Shown piece after piece: positions 10,856-21,905 of a DNA stretch of 64,000 bases; position 1 is the stretch's first letter, and every line of letters starts with the position of its first letter. A model generated the notes under the pieces. That model was not told where the DNA came from and made no database searches. It worked only from the letters and a program-made list of their open reading frames with translations. Source of the stretch: Carpediemonas membranifera BICM (taxonomy: Eukaryota; Protista; Fornicata). Made by a program: the position numbers and the translations under genes. The DNA is taken from contig JAHDYR010000053.1 of the NCBI GenBank assembly GCA_019828565.1, positions 656,214-720,213 on the forward strand, written 5' to 3'.

Positions 10856-11703
10856 ATGTGCGCTGTGAAGGCTCTAATGGTGAGTAAGATCAGCTCGAAG
10901 AAGCACAGCGATCCTGCCTACGATCTGCACCGCAAGAAGCTCTTATCCATGAAAGCCTCCGTTGATAACAACGGCCCGAAACCATCCAGGCACCAAAGCG
11001 ACAATAAGAAGAAGAAAATGCTTCAGGATGACCGATATCTAGAAATACAGCGCGAGAACAATATTCTCCTCGGCAAGATGTCGCGCATCATGGCAACTCG
11101 GGGTGGAGTTGACAATTCTCCACCAGCCCACGGCCCCTCGAGCAGCCTCATCCGGTCCCGCCGCATCCGCGAGCTTGAGGCGATCACGGTGGAAAACACT
11201 CGTCTCCTCCGTCGCCTCCAAGATAAGAAGCCGACAATCTCTCGCGTCGCTCTCGAGAGGGACTTCCAGATCAGCGAAAAGCGTGTGAGGGACATCTCTG
11301 AGTTTAATACTGCGGGGACGACCCGACACAGAAATGCTGGCCTGGACGCAGACGGAGCGGGGGAAGAGGAAAGGATGTGCTCGACCTGGGGGCACTCGAC
11401 GCACAGGCAGAGGCTGCGTGCAGGGTGGATGAAGTCGTCCAGGATGAGCAGCCGGTAGTGACGGTGGTTGTCGCCATGGATGCGGTCGAGGAGGATCCGA
11501 CTGCGGATGAGTCAGACTCGTCGTCGAGTTCGTCAAGCTCAAGCTCGTCCAGCTCGTCCACCAGTTCGGACTCTGAGGACAAGGAGGCAAAAAGGGCAAG
11601 GAAGGATGAGAAAAAGGCCAAGAAGATGGCTAAGGCTGAGGCCACGGACTCGGACAGCGCCCAATCGAAGTCATCGAAGTCGAGTGGTTCCGACTCTGAC
11701 TAG
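10856..11703 (+). CDS. CFAP97/Hemingway-family flagellar protein, apparent frameshift near 11360-11375
   Basis: YDLHRKKL...VDNNGP...EIQRENNILLGKM...ITVENTRLLRRL...KP fits the CFAP97 domain. The Ser/Asp/Lys-rich tail lies in another frame (11377-11703). Confidence 0.75.
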
Positions 11704-11941
11704 ACTGCGGGTGACAAAGAATTTCGGAAATATGATAAAGCTCAAGCTGATTGCGTGTCGAGAAAGGACGTTACCTGGTTGGAGCATGGACAGAATTTCA
11801 TAAGTCTTTGGTGATGGTCGGTGTGTGTTAAATCTGGCAAAACTATAAAAGGCAGCAATTAAAGCCGGCATGCGAACAAAATGATATGAGGAGGGCCATG
11901 CTTCGAGTTTCTGCTTAAGCGTCGACCTTTGCTTGGTCAAC

Positions 11942-11959
11942 TTTTTTTCATGAAAAAAA
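11942..11959. promoter_or_regulatory. Palindrome TTTTTTTCATGAAAAAAA upstream of RPS21
   Basis: Perfect 18-bp palindrome about 30 bp before the ATG; a similar motif lies upstream of RPS30. Confidence 0.4.
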
Positions 11960-11988
11960 TAGCCTTTGAGCCGAGATCACCTAGTTCC

Positions 11989-12339
11989 ATGCAGAACGCC
12001 GCTGGCCAGATTGTCGATATCTATATCCCCCGTAAGTGGTTTGTATTCCCGTGGCATGTCGTTATTTGTGATTCTTCAGCCTTTCCCTGGCGATGAATTC
12101 GTTTTTGCGGTTATGCACACGTCCAAGCGTCATTATTACTCAGCGCTGCTTCCAACCGCATCATTGGCCCCAAGGACCACGCCTCTGTCCAGCTCACCCT
12201 CGTTCACCTTAATGAGAGCGGCATCATGACTGGCAAGGCTTCCACCTTCGCCTTCTCCGGCCACGTCCGCGCTAGCGGCAACGGTGACAGCAAGATCAAC
12301 GAGGTCATGCGCGAGAACGGCTTCATGTCCCAGCACTAA
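11989..12339 (+). CDS. RPS21: 40S ribosomal protein eS21 (intron 12039-12143)
   Basis: Spliced product MQNAAGQIVDIYIPRKC|AASNRIIGPKDHASVQL... is typical eS21; not present in the ORF track. Confidence 0.95.
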
Positions 12340-12684
12340 ATGTATTGAGGTCCATTGGCCGCAGTGTGAGCTTTATCCACGGAGGGATTCCACCCATTGT
12401 TGAGACTCTCAGCTGGCCGTGTATGCAGCAGGATGTGAGAAGGAGTCCTGGCAGCAATATTATCCTATTTCTCTCTCCTACTCGTGCCGTCCCACACTTT
12501 GCTTTCATGGATTATTGTCCATCAAAAATTGCAGACGCAGCGCAAAAATCTACAGACGTTAGCATGTGATGTACCATACTGTTATAGCAGACACAAATCG
12601 TAGAGAATGACGTTTAAACCATTTTTGCAACAGTGAGACGCAGGAGGTTCTTCTCCTTTTTAGAGAGCGAGATAGACACGAATC

Positions 12685-13305
12685 ATGGGTTCCGCCGCTT
12701 ATCTTTCCGCCATCTGGAAGCACAAGCAGTCTGATGTCATGCGTTTCCTTTTCCGTACCCGTGGCTGGCAGTACCGCCAGGAATCCGCGATCAACCGCGT
12801 TTCCCGCCCCACTCGTCCCGAGAAGGCCCGCATGCTTGGCTACAAGGCCAAGCAGGGTTACGTTGTCTACCGTGTCCGTGTCTGCAAGGGTGGCCGCAAG
12901 CGCTCCCTCGTCAAGGGCATGGTTCACGGCAAGCCCCGCAACCAGGGTGTCTCCGAGCAGAAGTCTTTCCGCAGCCTCCAGACTGTCGCTGAGATGCGTG
13001 CCGGCCGCCGTCTTGGCTCTCTCCGTGTCCTCAACTCCTACTGGGTGAACTCCGATGGTTCCTACCACTGGTACGAGGTCATCCTTGTGGATCCCAACCA
13101 CGCCGCCATCCGCAACGACCCCGCTATCCAGTGGATCGCTGGCTCCGTCCACCGTCACCGTGAGCTCCGTGGCCTGACCTCCTCTGGCCGCAAGGGCCGT
13201 GGCTTCCGTTACCACCACCACGGTGCCAACCACGTCATCGGTGGCTCCCGCCGTGCTGCCTGGCGCCGCAACCAGACCACTATCATGTGGCCTCGCCGTT
13301 CTTAA
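12685..13305 (+). CDS. RPL15: 60S ribosomal protein eL15
   Basis: KQSDVMRFL...[18 protein letters not shown]...LRVLNSYWV...HRELRGLTS. Confidence 0.98.
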   Translation: MGSAAYLSAIWKHKQSDVMRFLFRTRGWQYRQESAINRVSRPTRPEKARMLGYKAKQGYVVYRVRVCKGGRKRSLVKGMVHGKPRNQGVSEQKSFRSLQTVAEMRAGRRLGSLRVLNSYWVNSDGSYHWYEVILVDPNHAAIRNDPAIQWIAGSVHRHRELRGLTSSGRKGRGFRYHHHGANHVIGGSRRAAWRRNQTTIMWPRRS

Positions 13306-13510
13306 GTTCTTTAAACTTCTCGTGGCGCATGTCCTTTGTTTCGTTTTATCATGACTTGCAGTAGGTGGCTCAGTATCCCACCATATACCAAGGCACGCTT
13401 GCGAGCCAGCAGCAATCTTGAGTCATTCGCAAACTGAACACGTAGCCGGGCCAATCGCGACGCTCCAAAACCCGAACCGTTCGGAGAACCCACCACGACG
13501 TGCGCCCACG

Positions 13511-15364
13511 GCCTTCATCGCGTGGTGCCGGTCCGCCGCCGCATGCTGCGTGCAGAATTTTCGGCTTAAAGTGCGTACAAGACAACGCTACAGAAACCAG
13601 CAGAGATGCCCGCGTTGCCGAAGGTAGGACTTGCACAGCTCGCGAAGGAAGGAACCCGGCAGATGGCCGGCGAGGAAGGTGTGATGGGGAACATCGGAGC
13701 GTGCCACGAGCTGTCGAAGCTGGTGCGCAGCTCTCTCGGCCCCAAGGGCATGAACAAGCTCGTCGTGAACCATTTGGGCAAGAGCTTCCTCACAAAGGAC
13801 TCCGCTACGATCATCCAGGAGCTCGAGCTCGAGCATCCCGCCGCCAAGCTCATTGTCATGGCCGCGCAGGACCAGGCGGTAGAGATGGGCGACGGCGCCA
13901 CGAGCTCGATCGTCTTCGCCGGTGAGCTGCTCAACCAGGCCGGCGACCTCCTCAACCAGGGCCTCACCGTGCAGGACATCCGCCGTGGCTTCGAGCTCGC
14001 CACGACCCACATCCTGAAGGAGCTTGAGAGCGACGTGGCCATCGCCGACAACTTCACGGACATCACCAAGGAGAACGTCGCGCGTCTCGTCGACCCCGTC
14101 GTGTCGTCCAAGCTCGGCGACCTGTCTGAGGTCGTCTCGCCCCTCGTCGGCGAGGCCGTCGAGACCGTCGCCCGCAACGGCAAGTTCACTCCCAACAGCA
14201 TCCAGGTCGCGAAGCTCATGGGCGGGCACCTCAGCATGTCTGCGGTCGTCCGCGGCGTCGTGATGCAGCAGGTGAGCCGCACCTCCGTGACCGAGCTGAA
14301 GGACGCCAACATCGCTGTGTACGCCTGCCCGCTCGACTACGAGGAGATGGAGACGAAGGGCACGGTCGTCCTGGAGACGGCCGAGGACCTCAAGAACTAC
14401 TCGAACAAGGAGGAGAGCCACATGGAAAAGCTCATCCAGGACATCGTCGACGCGGGCGTCAACACCATCGTCGTCAACGGCTCGATCGGCGACCTGGCGC
14501 TGCACTACTGCGAGATGAAGGGCCTCATGGTCATTCGCATCCACAGCAAGTTCGAGCTCCGCCGCATCGCCAGCAGCGTCGGCGCCTCTGTGCTCGTGAA
14601 CCTGCTGCCGCCGTCGGCCAAGCAGATGGGCCACTCCGACGAGATCTACACGAAGGAGTTCGGCGACGTCACCGTCACCATCGCCCGCAACAACCTGAGC
14701 ACGACGTCGTCCGGCATCGCCACCGTCGTGCTCCGCGCCGCCACGAAGAACCTCATCGAGGACGTCGACCGCGCGGTGGCCAACGGCGTGAACACGACGT
14801 ACCACATGACCAAGGACCCCGTCCTCGTCGCGGGCGGCGGCGCCATCGAGATGTTCCTCGCGCACAGCCTGCTGCGGCTCGCGGACAACACCGCGGACCT
14901 CTCGCAGTACGCCATCCGCGCGTACGCCGTCGCGCTGCAGCAGATACCTCGCGTGCTCGCCGAGACCGGCGGCATGGACGCGACGACCGTCATCGCGAAC
15001 CTCATGGTCGCGCAGGAGGAGGGCAAGACGACGATGGGCGTCAACATCAGCGACATGCGCGACCCCCTGCTGGACATGAAGGCGGCAGGCGTCCTCGACC
15101 ACAGAGGAACGAAGTACCACATGCTCCAGGGCGCCGCCCAGGCTGCTGTGACGGTGCTCAGCGTAGACCATCTCATCATGAGCAAGCAGGCCGGCGGCCC
15201 CGCTCCTAGGGGGTAAGGCTTTGTAAATACGGCTCATTTACGTTTGGAGGTCGAGCAAGGACGGCGAGGCAGATGCGATGGCCGCCACCAGCGCTGACTC
15301 AAGACTGACTGCACGCGTAGACCGGAGTTGACTTGGTCTCGTGGAATACTGCTAACATGCGCCA
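13511..15364 (+). repeat. 1854-bp inverted repeat, left arm (contains CCT8)
   Basis: Reverse complement of 23827-25680; only two mismatches spotted by eye. Confidence 0.95.
13606..15216 (+). CDS. CCT8: Chaperonin CCT subunit theta, copy 1
   Basis: SLGPKGMNKLVVNHLGK, HPAAKL, MGDGAT, ETKGTVVL, SKFELRR and AGGP C-terminus (theta-type). Confidence 0.93.
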   Translation: MPALPKVGLAQLAKEGTRQMAGEEGVMGNIGACHELSKLVRSSLGPKGMNKLVVNHLGKSFLTKDSATIIQELELEHPAAKLIVMAAQDQAVEMGDGATSSIVFAGELLNQAGDLLNQGLTVQDIRRGFELATTHILKELESDVAIADNFTDITKENVARLVDPVVSSKLGDLSEVVSPLVGEAVETVARNGKFTPNSIQVAKLMGGHLSMSAVVRGVVMQQVSRTSVTELKDANIAVYACPLDYEEMETKGTVVLETAEDLKNYSNKEESHMEKLIQDIVDAGVNTIVVNGSIGDLALHYCEMKGLMVIRIHSKFELRRIASSVGASVLVNLLPPSAKQMGHSDEIYTKEFGDVTVTIARNNLSTTSSGIATVVLRAATKNLIEDVDRAVANGVNTTYHMTKDPVLVAGGGAIEMFLAHSLLRLADNTADLSQYAIRAYAVALQQIPRVLAETGGMDATTVIANLMVAQEEGKTTMGVNISDMRDPLLDMKAAGVLDHRGTKYHMLQGAAQAAVTVLSVDHLIMSKQAGGPAPRG

Positions 15365-15798
15365 CTATTGCTTGACCTGGCCGAACAAGGCCTGGGCTAC
15401 TCGACCTCGTCGGATGATGGACAAACCGATTGGGCCAATCGCCAAGCAGACGTCGTTTTCATTCTCTCCTTTCCACCCAACGTCTCCTCAATTGGTACCA
15501 ACCATCTTATCGTCTGTCGGAACTCAAACCAATTCAATTTATCTTGTTCGAACTTCATCATGTCTGAGCGTCGAACAGGCTATGCTCACAGTGGGTCACC
15601 CCAACCAGCCCAGCACCCATTACAACTCGTATGGACCTGTAGATCGAACAGTGCTGAGGCTTACAGCTGTCCAACAACTTCTTTCATATATTGCATGGCT
15701 CAGTCGAGTGCCATGTTTGCACCGATCGACTGGACTCAAACATCCATAAGAAGCTGCTTTACTCTCAAAAAATATTAAACTAATCTGCACCACACGAC

Positions 15799-17349
15799 CT
15801 ACTTGGCGACATCCACGGCCTCACCGCCAGTCACATCCCAAATCCTGTCTCCAACGGCAAACATTCGATCGTCGGCCTCATACAGGTACTTCACACCACT
15901 GACATCAATCTTCATCATCTTCCGCGCTTTTCCAATAATAACTCCGCGTCTCGTCCGGCTTGCCAAGCCCATGACATAAACTGCACCCCGAGTCGTTCTT
16001 ATAAAAGTTGATCCGTCTGCGAAGACGATCTGGGCCGTGTCATCTGGGAACGCAGCCTTCTCGTGGAGAACCTTGTTCACGTTCGACAGCGAGAGTTGCC
16101 TCTTCCCGTTTGTTCCAGAGAGCAGAATATGACCCGTGACTGCGACGATCGCAGAGCACCCGTGCCCGGTCGAGATCCACGCGACGCTGCCTCTGGTCAC
16201 CAGCTGCGGGAGGGTGGTGTCCAATGTCGAGGGCGGTATGGCAAGCTGACCCAGTCGGTTCCAGCCGCACGAGTAGACCGAACCAGAGTCGAGCACGAAG
16301 AACGTCGCCCAGGAATCTGATACGACAAGCCTGGTCTTATCTGGCAAAACTATGGGTTTGAGAGACCTTGTCGGAGTACAAGGGGGCCCGACACCGAGCT
16401 GACCCGAGCGGTTATCACCCGCCCCATACACGGTGCCGCTTGACCCTATAAACCATGCGGCGGCCTCATCAGGCCGCTGTGAGGATGATACAAAGGCGTT
16501 TGAGCACTTTTCCAGGAGCCCGACTCTGCATGGGACAGTGGGACTCACCGTGGAGACGGGCAGGGCCAGAGCGGAGTTATCGCCGACTACATACCACAGG
16601 CTCTCTGTATCCTGCACTAGAGTGAACGTAGGGGCGGGTACGATCGACTGGATGAAGCGATTCAGCTTGAGGAGACGAGGCCGGCCGACAGAGCGGACCT
16701 GGAGGCCCACGCCGAGCATGCCATAGTCGTTGGCTCCACAAGCGTATACCTCGCCCTCCATGCTGAAGTAAGTACGATCATCGCTGCCCCAAACGTTTGT
16801 GAGCCGCCCACGGAGGGGGAGGCGGATTGGATCGGGCTCGAAAGCACGAGGAGAGCCAACACCAAGCTTGCGGCATCGGTTGAGACCCTTGGCGTAAGAG
16901 TCTGGGCCGTATGCGACGAATGTTGACCCAGCGATGTTGAATTCGTTTGCGTGGGACATCATGTGCAGGAAAGTCTTGAAGGAACGCTGGCAAAGGAAAT
17001 AAGCGCCGTCAGGGGCACTGGCGCGCAGGAATATACGGCCAAGGAGGGTGACAGGACAGGACCAGAGCAGGTCTGGGTACGTGAAGTCGTCGGGCAAGTT
17101 CAGTGTCTTGGAAAGATGTATTGGCACTGTTTCCTCAACTGGAAAGGATATAGATAACATTGGCTGCGGTAGAGGGCCCGAATATGTGTCTGAATCGTCG
17201 ATAGGAACCTCCTGGTTATTAAACACAGGTTGTTGCCGTCGTGCAGAATTGTACTCTTGCTTTAAGCGCCGAATCATAGCGCATGATGCATTATAGAGCT
17301 CTGGAGGTATTGAAAAGGACACATCCACCTCCGGTAGCTCCTCAAACAT
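15799..17349 (-). CDS. RCC1/BLIP-II repeat protein
   Basis: Repeats VYACGANDYGMLG, VYGAGDNRSGQLG, VYSCGWNRLGQLA. Start codon uncertain. Confidence 0.85.
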   Translation of the reverse strand: MFEELPEVDVSFSIPPELYNASCAMIRRLKQEYNSARRQQPVFNNQEVPIDDSDTYSGPLPQPMLSISFPVEETVPIHLSKTLNLPDDFTYPDLLWSCPVTLLGRIFLRASAPDGAYFLCQRSFKTFLHMMSHANEFNIAGSTFVAYGPDSYAKGLNRCRKLGVGSPRAFEPDPIRLPLRGRLTNVWGSDDRTYFSMEGEVYACGANDYGMLGVGLQVRSVGRPRLLKLNRFIQSIVPAPTFTLVQDTESLWYVVGDNSALALPVSTVSPTVPCRVGLLEKCSNAFVSSSQRPDEAAAWFIGSSGTVYGAGDNRSGQLGVGPPCTPTRSLKPIVLPDKTRLVVSDSWATFFVLDSGSVYSCGWNRLGQLAIPPSTLDTTLPQLVTRGSVAWISTGHGCSAIVAVTGHILLSGTNGKRQLSLSNVNKVLHEKAAFPDDTAQIVFADGSTFIRTTRGAVYVMGLASRTRRGVIIGKARKMMKIDVSGVKYLYEADDRMFAVGDRIWDVTGGEAVDVAK

Positions 17350-17593
17350 GCGAATGAACCTTGTGGTGCTCCCCGCAATAGATCTCGAGATTGACCCTCG
17401 AGGAGATCTACGATCCTCCAACCATAACACTCCACCCACGCCCCTACTTACCCCCACGTCTTGCACCCGCCATTGATCCCAACCATGCATGACACCCACC
17501 CCATGGACCCAGCCTCTGAAAGCCATGATGAGGAAAGCAGCGCGTAGCAACGAGCATACAGGTGTTTACGGCGATACTATGGTACAACAGTGA

Positions 17594-18862
17594 CTACTCC
17601 CCCTCCTCTCTGAGCTGCTGCTCCCGCTGCTTCAGAGTCATCATAAATCCGACCCAGTGACCACGTGGGGGGCCGTCAGGTAGACACTCGAGGTCTAGCA
17701 GCGCCCCGTTAGTCCCATCAAAGACACTGAATACCAGGCCAGGGTCGAACACATAGCCCTTGGGCCATTTGGCTGGGTCTGCTTTGAGGGCCTCGAGAGA
17801 GGGCGTTATTGCTCCAGAATAGATGCGGTCGATATTTGCGACGGTCATGGAAGTCAGCTTGGCGCTTCCAGAGTAATCGCCCTTCTTTCTTGCCTTCTTG
17901 ACCTCCTTTTCTGGCCCGCAGAATATAACCATCGAACCAGGATCCTTGACGTCACCATTAGCTCCAAGCATCACCTCTACGGGCTTGACGGTCTTACGCC
18001 GCGTGTGCATGAGTATTGGGATGCCGAGGCCGGTGGTGAGGCGGGAGAGCATCGTGTTGAAGTCCACAGAGGAAATGACGTTCGTACTGTCGTTCCAGTC
18101 CTGCGGGGGCTCATCCTCGATGAACGGGAGCCCCTTGCTCTCTGCCTTCTTCTTGCGTGTGGCCTTTTCTCTTTCGAGCTTGGCTTTTTCTCTCGCCAGC
18201 TCGCGCTCTTTCTTCTCCCTCTGCCGCTTGGACCGGGGAGTCTCCAGCGCCTCAGGGGAAGTAAGCGTGTTCGTTCTCGACCGTACCGAGGGCGTGTGGG
18301 GCTCGCTCTCGGCCCCGGCAGTTCGAGTTGGGTCGTCCTCGTCGCCAGAACCGACAGTGCCGGGTACAGCAACCTTGTACTCGCCGCTTAGAGCACGCTG
18401 TACAAGTCTGTCCCGTCCAGCAGGCGTGGGGATCATTGCCCGCAGGTCGGAGTGGAGTTGAAGGGCGGCAGCGTCGCCGTCGGCTGCAAGGTGGATTCGC
18501 TCGACAGGTTTGCCGCAGGAGGTGCACCAGATCACACCGAGATCGAGGCCGATGTAGAGGCTCTCGCTAAACTTGCCAGTGGTGGCAACCTGCCGGGCCG
18601 TCAGAAGGTAGTGCTCGTTGGCGTGGTCATTCGTGCGCCCGCCGCAATATAGCTTGATATTGTCGACATTGATACCTAGCCAGAGGTCAAATGACTTAGG
18701 ACACCCCTCAACAGAGCATTTGTGACCCTTTTGAGCAAAAGCAGTGCGTACCTTCGAAAGATAGGCGTCTCTGTCGATGGCGTACATACTATATGCCAGC
18801 TGTACAAAATGAGGGCAAGTACTGCCCGAATTCACCGGCTTAAGCACCGGGTTTTCCTCCAT
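17594..18862 (-). CDS. Protein with degenerate ZnF-UBP-like domain, coiled coil and C-terminal PH-like domain
   Basis: CPH...C-x4-C...LWL...CG...HANEH...IWCTSC. C-terminal IDRIYSG...FSVF...LDL pattern resembles PLC-type PH domains. Confidence 0.6.
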   Translation of the reverse strand: MEENPVLKPVNSGSTCPHFVQLAYSMYAIDRDAYLSKVRTAFAQKGHKCSVEGCPKSFDLWLGINVDNIKLYCGGRTNDHANEHYLLTARQVATTGKFSESLYIGLDLGVIWCTSCGKPVERIHLAADGDAAALQLHSDLRAMIPTPAGRDRLVQRALSGEYKVAVPGTVGSGDEDDPTRTAGAESEPHTPSVRSRTNTLTSPEALETPRSKRQREKKERELAREKAKLEREKATRKKKAESKGLPFIEDEPPQDWNDSTNVISSVDFNTMLSRLTTGLGIPILMHTRRKTVKPVEVMLGANGDVKDPGSMVIFCGPEKEVKKARKKGDYSGSAKLTSMTVANIDRIYSGAITPSLEALKADPAKWPKGYVFDPGLVFSVFDGTNGALLDLECLPDGPPRGHWVGFMMTLKQREQQLREEGE

Positions 18863-19179
18863 GGACGTGGACGGCGTAGTTGTGAGCAAATCTGACAAAA
18901 CAAACTGGCGGAATCGAGCTGTATGGGCAGAGTTCACAGCCTTTTGTCGATACTCTGGGCCTCATACACCTTGATTATAGAAAAAATCGCTCAAGTTTCG
19001 CCAGCACAATATGACATGATAACCGAGAGTCAGAGGAGATCGAGTTGAAAGCGCCCCATACAATCCAGCACATAGACGTCCGGCAATTTGTTACCGACGG
19101 AAATATCCTGAGCTGTGAATCCTGGGTCCAGCAAGTCCAACCCAAACCTGCGCACAAGAGAAGTATCGAAACCAACGGA

Positions 19180-19873
19180 ATGGTGCTTAAGAGAGGTAAC
19201 AAATCGTTCGCGAAGACCGGAATGTCGCCAGCTGATGCGAAGGCTATGCAGATTCAGAACAACATTAGCCAGAAGACTAATGCGATGACCAAGCAGATCG
19301 AGATCATGGAACGGCAAGCAGTTCAGTACAAGAATGAAGCTCGGTATGTATTTGAACTCACCATCATAACATAGGGCTGCTCTTCAGGCTGGAAACAAGA
19401 CTCTTGCGGCGGCAAAGCTGAAGCAAGCTAAGGTCGTCACCACACAGGCCGCCCAGCAGCGGAACATGCTCAATAACGTGAACACGATCAACATGGCCAC
19501 GCAAAACGCTGCCAACGCCAAGGAGATTGCTCAACTTATGAAGCAGTCAGCCGCAGTTCTCTCCACAGTCGGCATTTCCATCGACGACATCGAAGACCTC
19601 ATGGACGAAGTGAGCGAAAAGATGGACGAGGTCGACCAGATCATGGACACCCTCGCCCGCCCCATCCGCGAGGACTTTGGGATGGAAGCGGAGGTCGATG
19701 AGGAGCTTCAGGCTATGGAAGCCGAGCTGCAGCAGGAGATGTTCGCGAGTGCCCAGGCGTCGACCACGGCACCTGTTGCGGCAGAGGCAGAGGCTGCTGC
19801 GGCGCCGAGTGCACCCGTCGCGATGCCCACGGCGACTGACGAGATGAACAACCTCGAAACCATGTTTGACTAA
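19180..19873 (+). CDS. ESCRT-III Snf7-family protein (intron 19344-19374)
   Basis: Removing the 31-nt intron GTATG...TAACATAG joins two ORFs. IDDIEDLMDEVSE...LARP...DEEL is Snf7-like. Confidence 0.88.
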
Positions 19874-20054
19874 TAAAGGTGTGTAGATGACGGACATGAG
19901 CGGAGATGAACACAGCAATGCGGCGAGGCGTCGCTTCTTGCGTGTTACAGCTGCCGTGTCAAATCAGGCAAAACATCTGCCCAAGCAAGACTTTACACAA
20001 CAACTAGAGAATAACTACACCGTCACCTAGCCACCTGACCGACTATATACAGAC

Positions 20055-20941
20055 CTACCCCAGAGTCTTGGGGCTCCCGATGAAGAGAGGGCCTCCGAAG
20101 GCAAGGTCAGCAGAGGGTGACTCGGGGCAGCCGAACATGAGCGCCATGCGGACATGTCGCCACTCCCGGATGACGTTGGGATCAGAAGGGACGATTGACA
20201 CTGCTTTGGCGGCCAGAGACATTGCCATATCGTATTGCTTGAGCATTCGAAGTGCTTGAACCTTCCGAGTGATCGCAACAACATGTGCCGGCGACCGGGC
20301 AAGGATTTGGTCACAGTAGAGTATTGCAACGTCGAACGACCGCGTCATGAGCGCCGAAGTCGCGGCAGACAGTGTTATAGCAATGTAGAGAGACACCCTG
20401 AACGATGTATCCGAACCACTAAAGATGTCCCGATGGTCTCGCTGCCCGTGCTGGCGCTTCTTGTTCTCGTGCTCTTGGAGAGTTATTAGACGCAGGGCAT
20501 CTTCGTATGTGTCAAAAGCTTGGTGAAAGTTGCGGTTGTAAAAGAAATCGTCGCCCAGTGACTGAAAGACGAGCGAAGAGCAGATCTGTTGGGTTAGTGT
20601 GCTTGTAGGAAGCGTCCTGAAGTTTGTCAAATCCCGCTTTTCGATGAGCGTTAGCTTGACGTTCATGTCTGATGGCGCAAGCTGTTCCTTTTCGCCAGGG
20701 AGATGAAGCACGGCGCCTCTGTGGACAAAAAGAGAGATAGATCCGCCTACTGGAAGCGTAATGATCCGACCAAAGAATGGATAGCGTTGAACTTGGTAAG
20801 AAAAGAAGGAATCTCGCACGTACTGTCTGACTGCCAGAGGTAATACTTCACATAGTGGTTAGTTGAAGCCCAAAAGGTTACTACATAACAGGAATGGAGC
20901 TTCTTAGCCCCGAAAGTGGGAAGCGGGGGCATTTGGGACAT
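20055..20941 (-). CDS. TPR-containing protein (intron 20792-20823)
   Basis: GDDFF...A...Y...AL and CDQILARSPAHVVAITRK TPR helices. A 32-nt GTACG...TTACCAAG intron links them to the ATG at 20941. Confidence 0.7.
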
Positions 20942-21251
20942 GTTGCAATTTTGCAAAAACTGCACCAACCTGTAAGGCGTCTCAACAACAAGATCTCACT
21001 CGAATCGGGGCTGTATTGGTCTTAATGATGACTACCATGCACCTACTATAATCAGGTATGAGTGTCATCTCCGCGGAGCCGAGGCGAGGGCCAGACCTGG
21101 AATTGGGTGGTCGGCATCTCAGTGTTATGCAGATATAACCAGATCAGTTTATGTAATCTATGTAATCTATCGCAACAGCACTGTGATGAAGGAGTGGGCA
21201 TCGTCTCGAGCCGACCAGACAGACTTCTAAAACTCAGCCAGGCTCAGAGAC

Positions 21252-21905
21252 TCACACATCGTCCGACTCCCTTTCAAACCAAGCGCTGAGGGTGGCTCCA
21301 GGCTCATTGAGAGAGCTAACCCCAGTCAGATCGAAGCAGGCCACATCCTCGTCCTCGTCTATCGCGGCAGGAACAGCGGTATGGTAGTACCCAACACCAG
21401 CAGAGCCAGGCTCTACCCATGTTGAATCAAACGCCTTCGTTGTTGGCTGTCTGGCCGCCGCCACAGCGACAGATATGTCCCTTGGGGCAGGCGATGCTTG
21501 AATACGCTGGGCAAGACGCCGGGAGAGGGTCTGGGCAAAAGAGATGAAAGAATCCCGGCCAAGAGGGTCTATGAACGGACGGGTGGAGACCCTGACGCAG
21601 AGGGAGTAAGACACGACGCCGGGCTTCGAGAGAAAGTGGATGGAGAATGTTGAGGTGGGTGAAACTGAAAGCAGATGGATGAACTGCATCGCTGTGCGCC
21701 GAAATGTGGTTATCAGATTCGCGTTCGCTGAATTGTTTGGGATAACGACTGCAGTGCAACGAAAACTGGGTATGAATTCCCTTTTGGCAAGTGAAATATC
21801 TACGGCTGACGCTGAAATACGGCATAATTGGAAGATTAAGTCTTCAATGTCGCCAAGAGCAGGACCATACTGCATATGACGTTGCCATCTCCAGGAAAAC
21901 TGCAC
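21252..21905 (-). CDS. Hypothetical protein
   Basis: 217-aa ORF with no recognised domain; 5' end uncertain. Confidence 0.4.
   Translation of the reverse strand: MQFSWRWQRHMQYGPALGDIEDLIFQLCRISASAVDISLAKREFIPSFRCTAVVIPNNSANANLITTFRRTAMQFIHLLSVSPTSTFSIHFLSKPGVVSYSLCVRVSTRPFIDPLGRDSFISFAQTLSRRLAQRIQASPAPRDISVAVAAARQPTTKAFDSTWVEPGSAGVGYYHTAVPAAIDEDEDVACFDLTGVSSLNEPGATLSAWFERESDDV

Noticed and set aside
13588-15237. 549-aa antisense ORFs over both CCT8 copies (also 23954-25603)
   Set aside because: Shadow ORFs caused by very high GC3 on the coding strand; no protein-like motifs.
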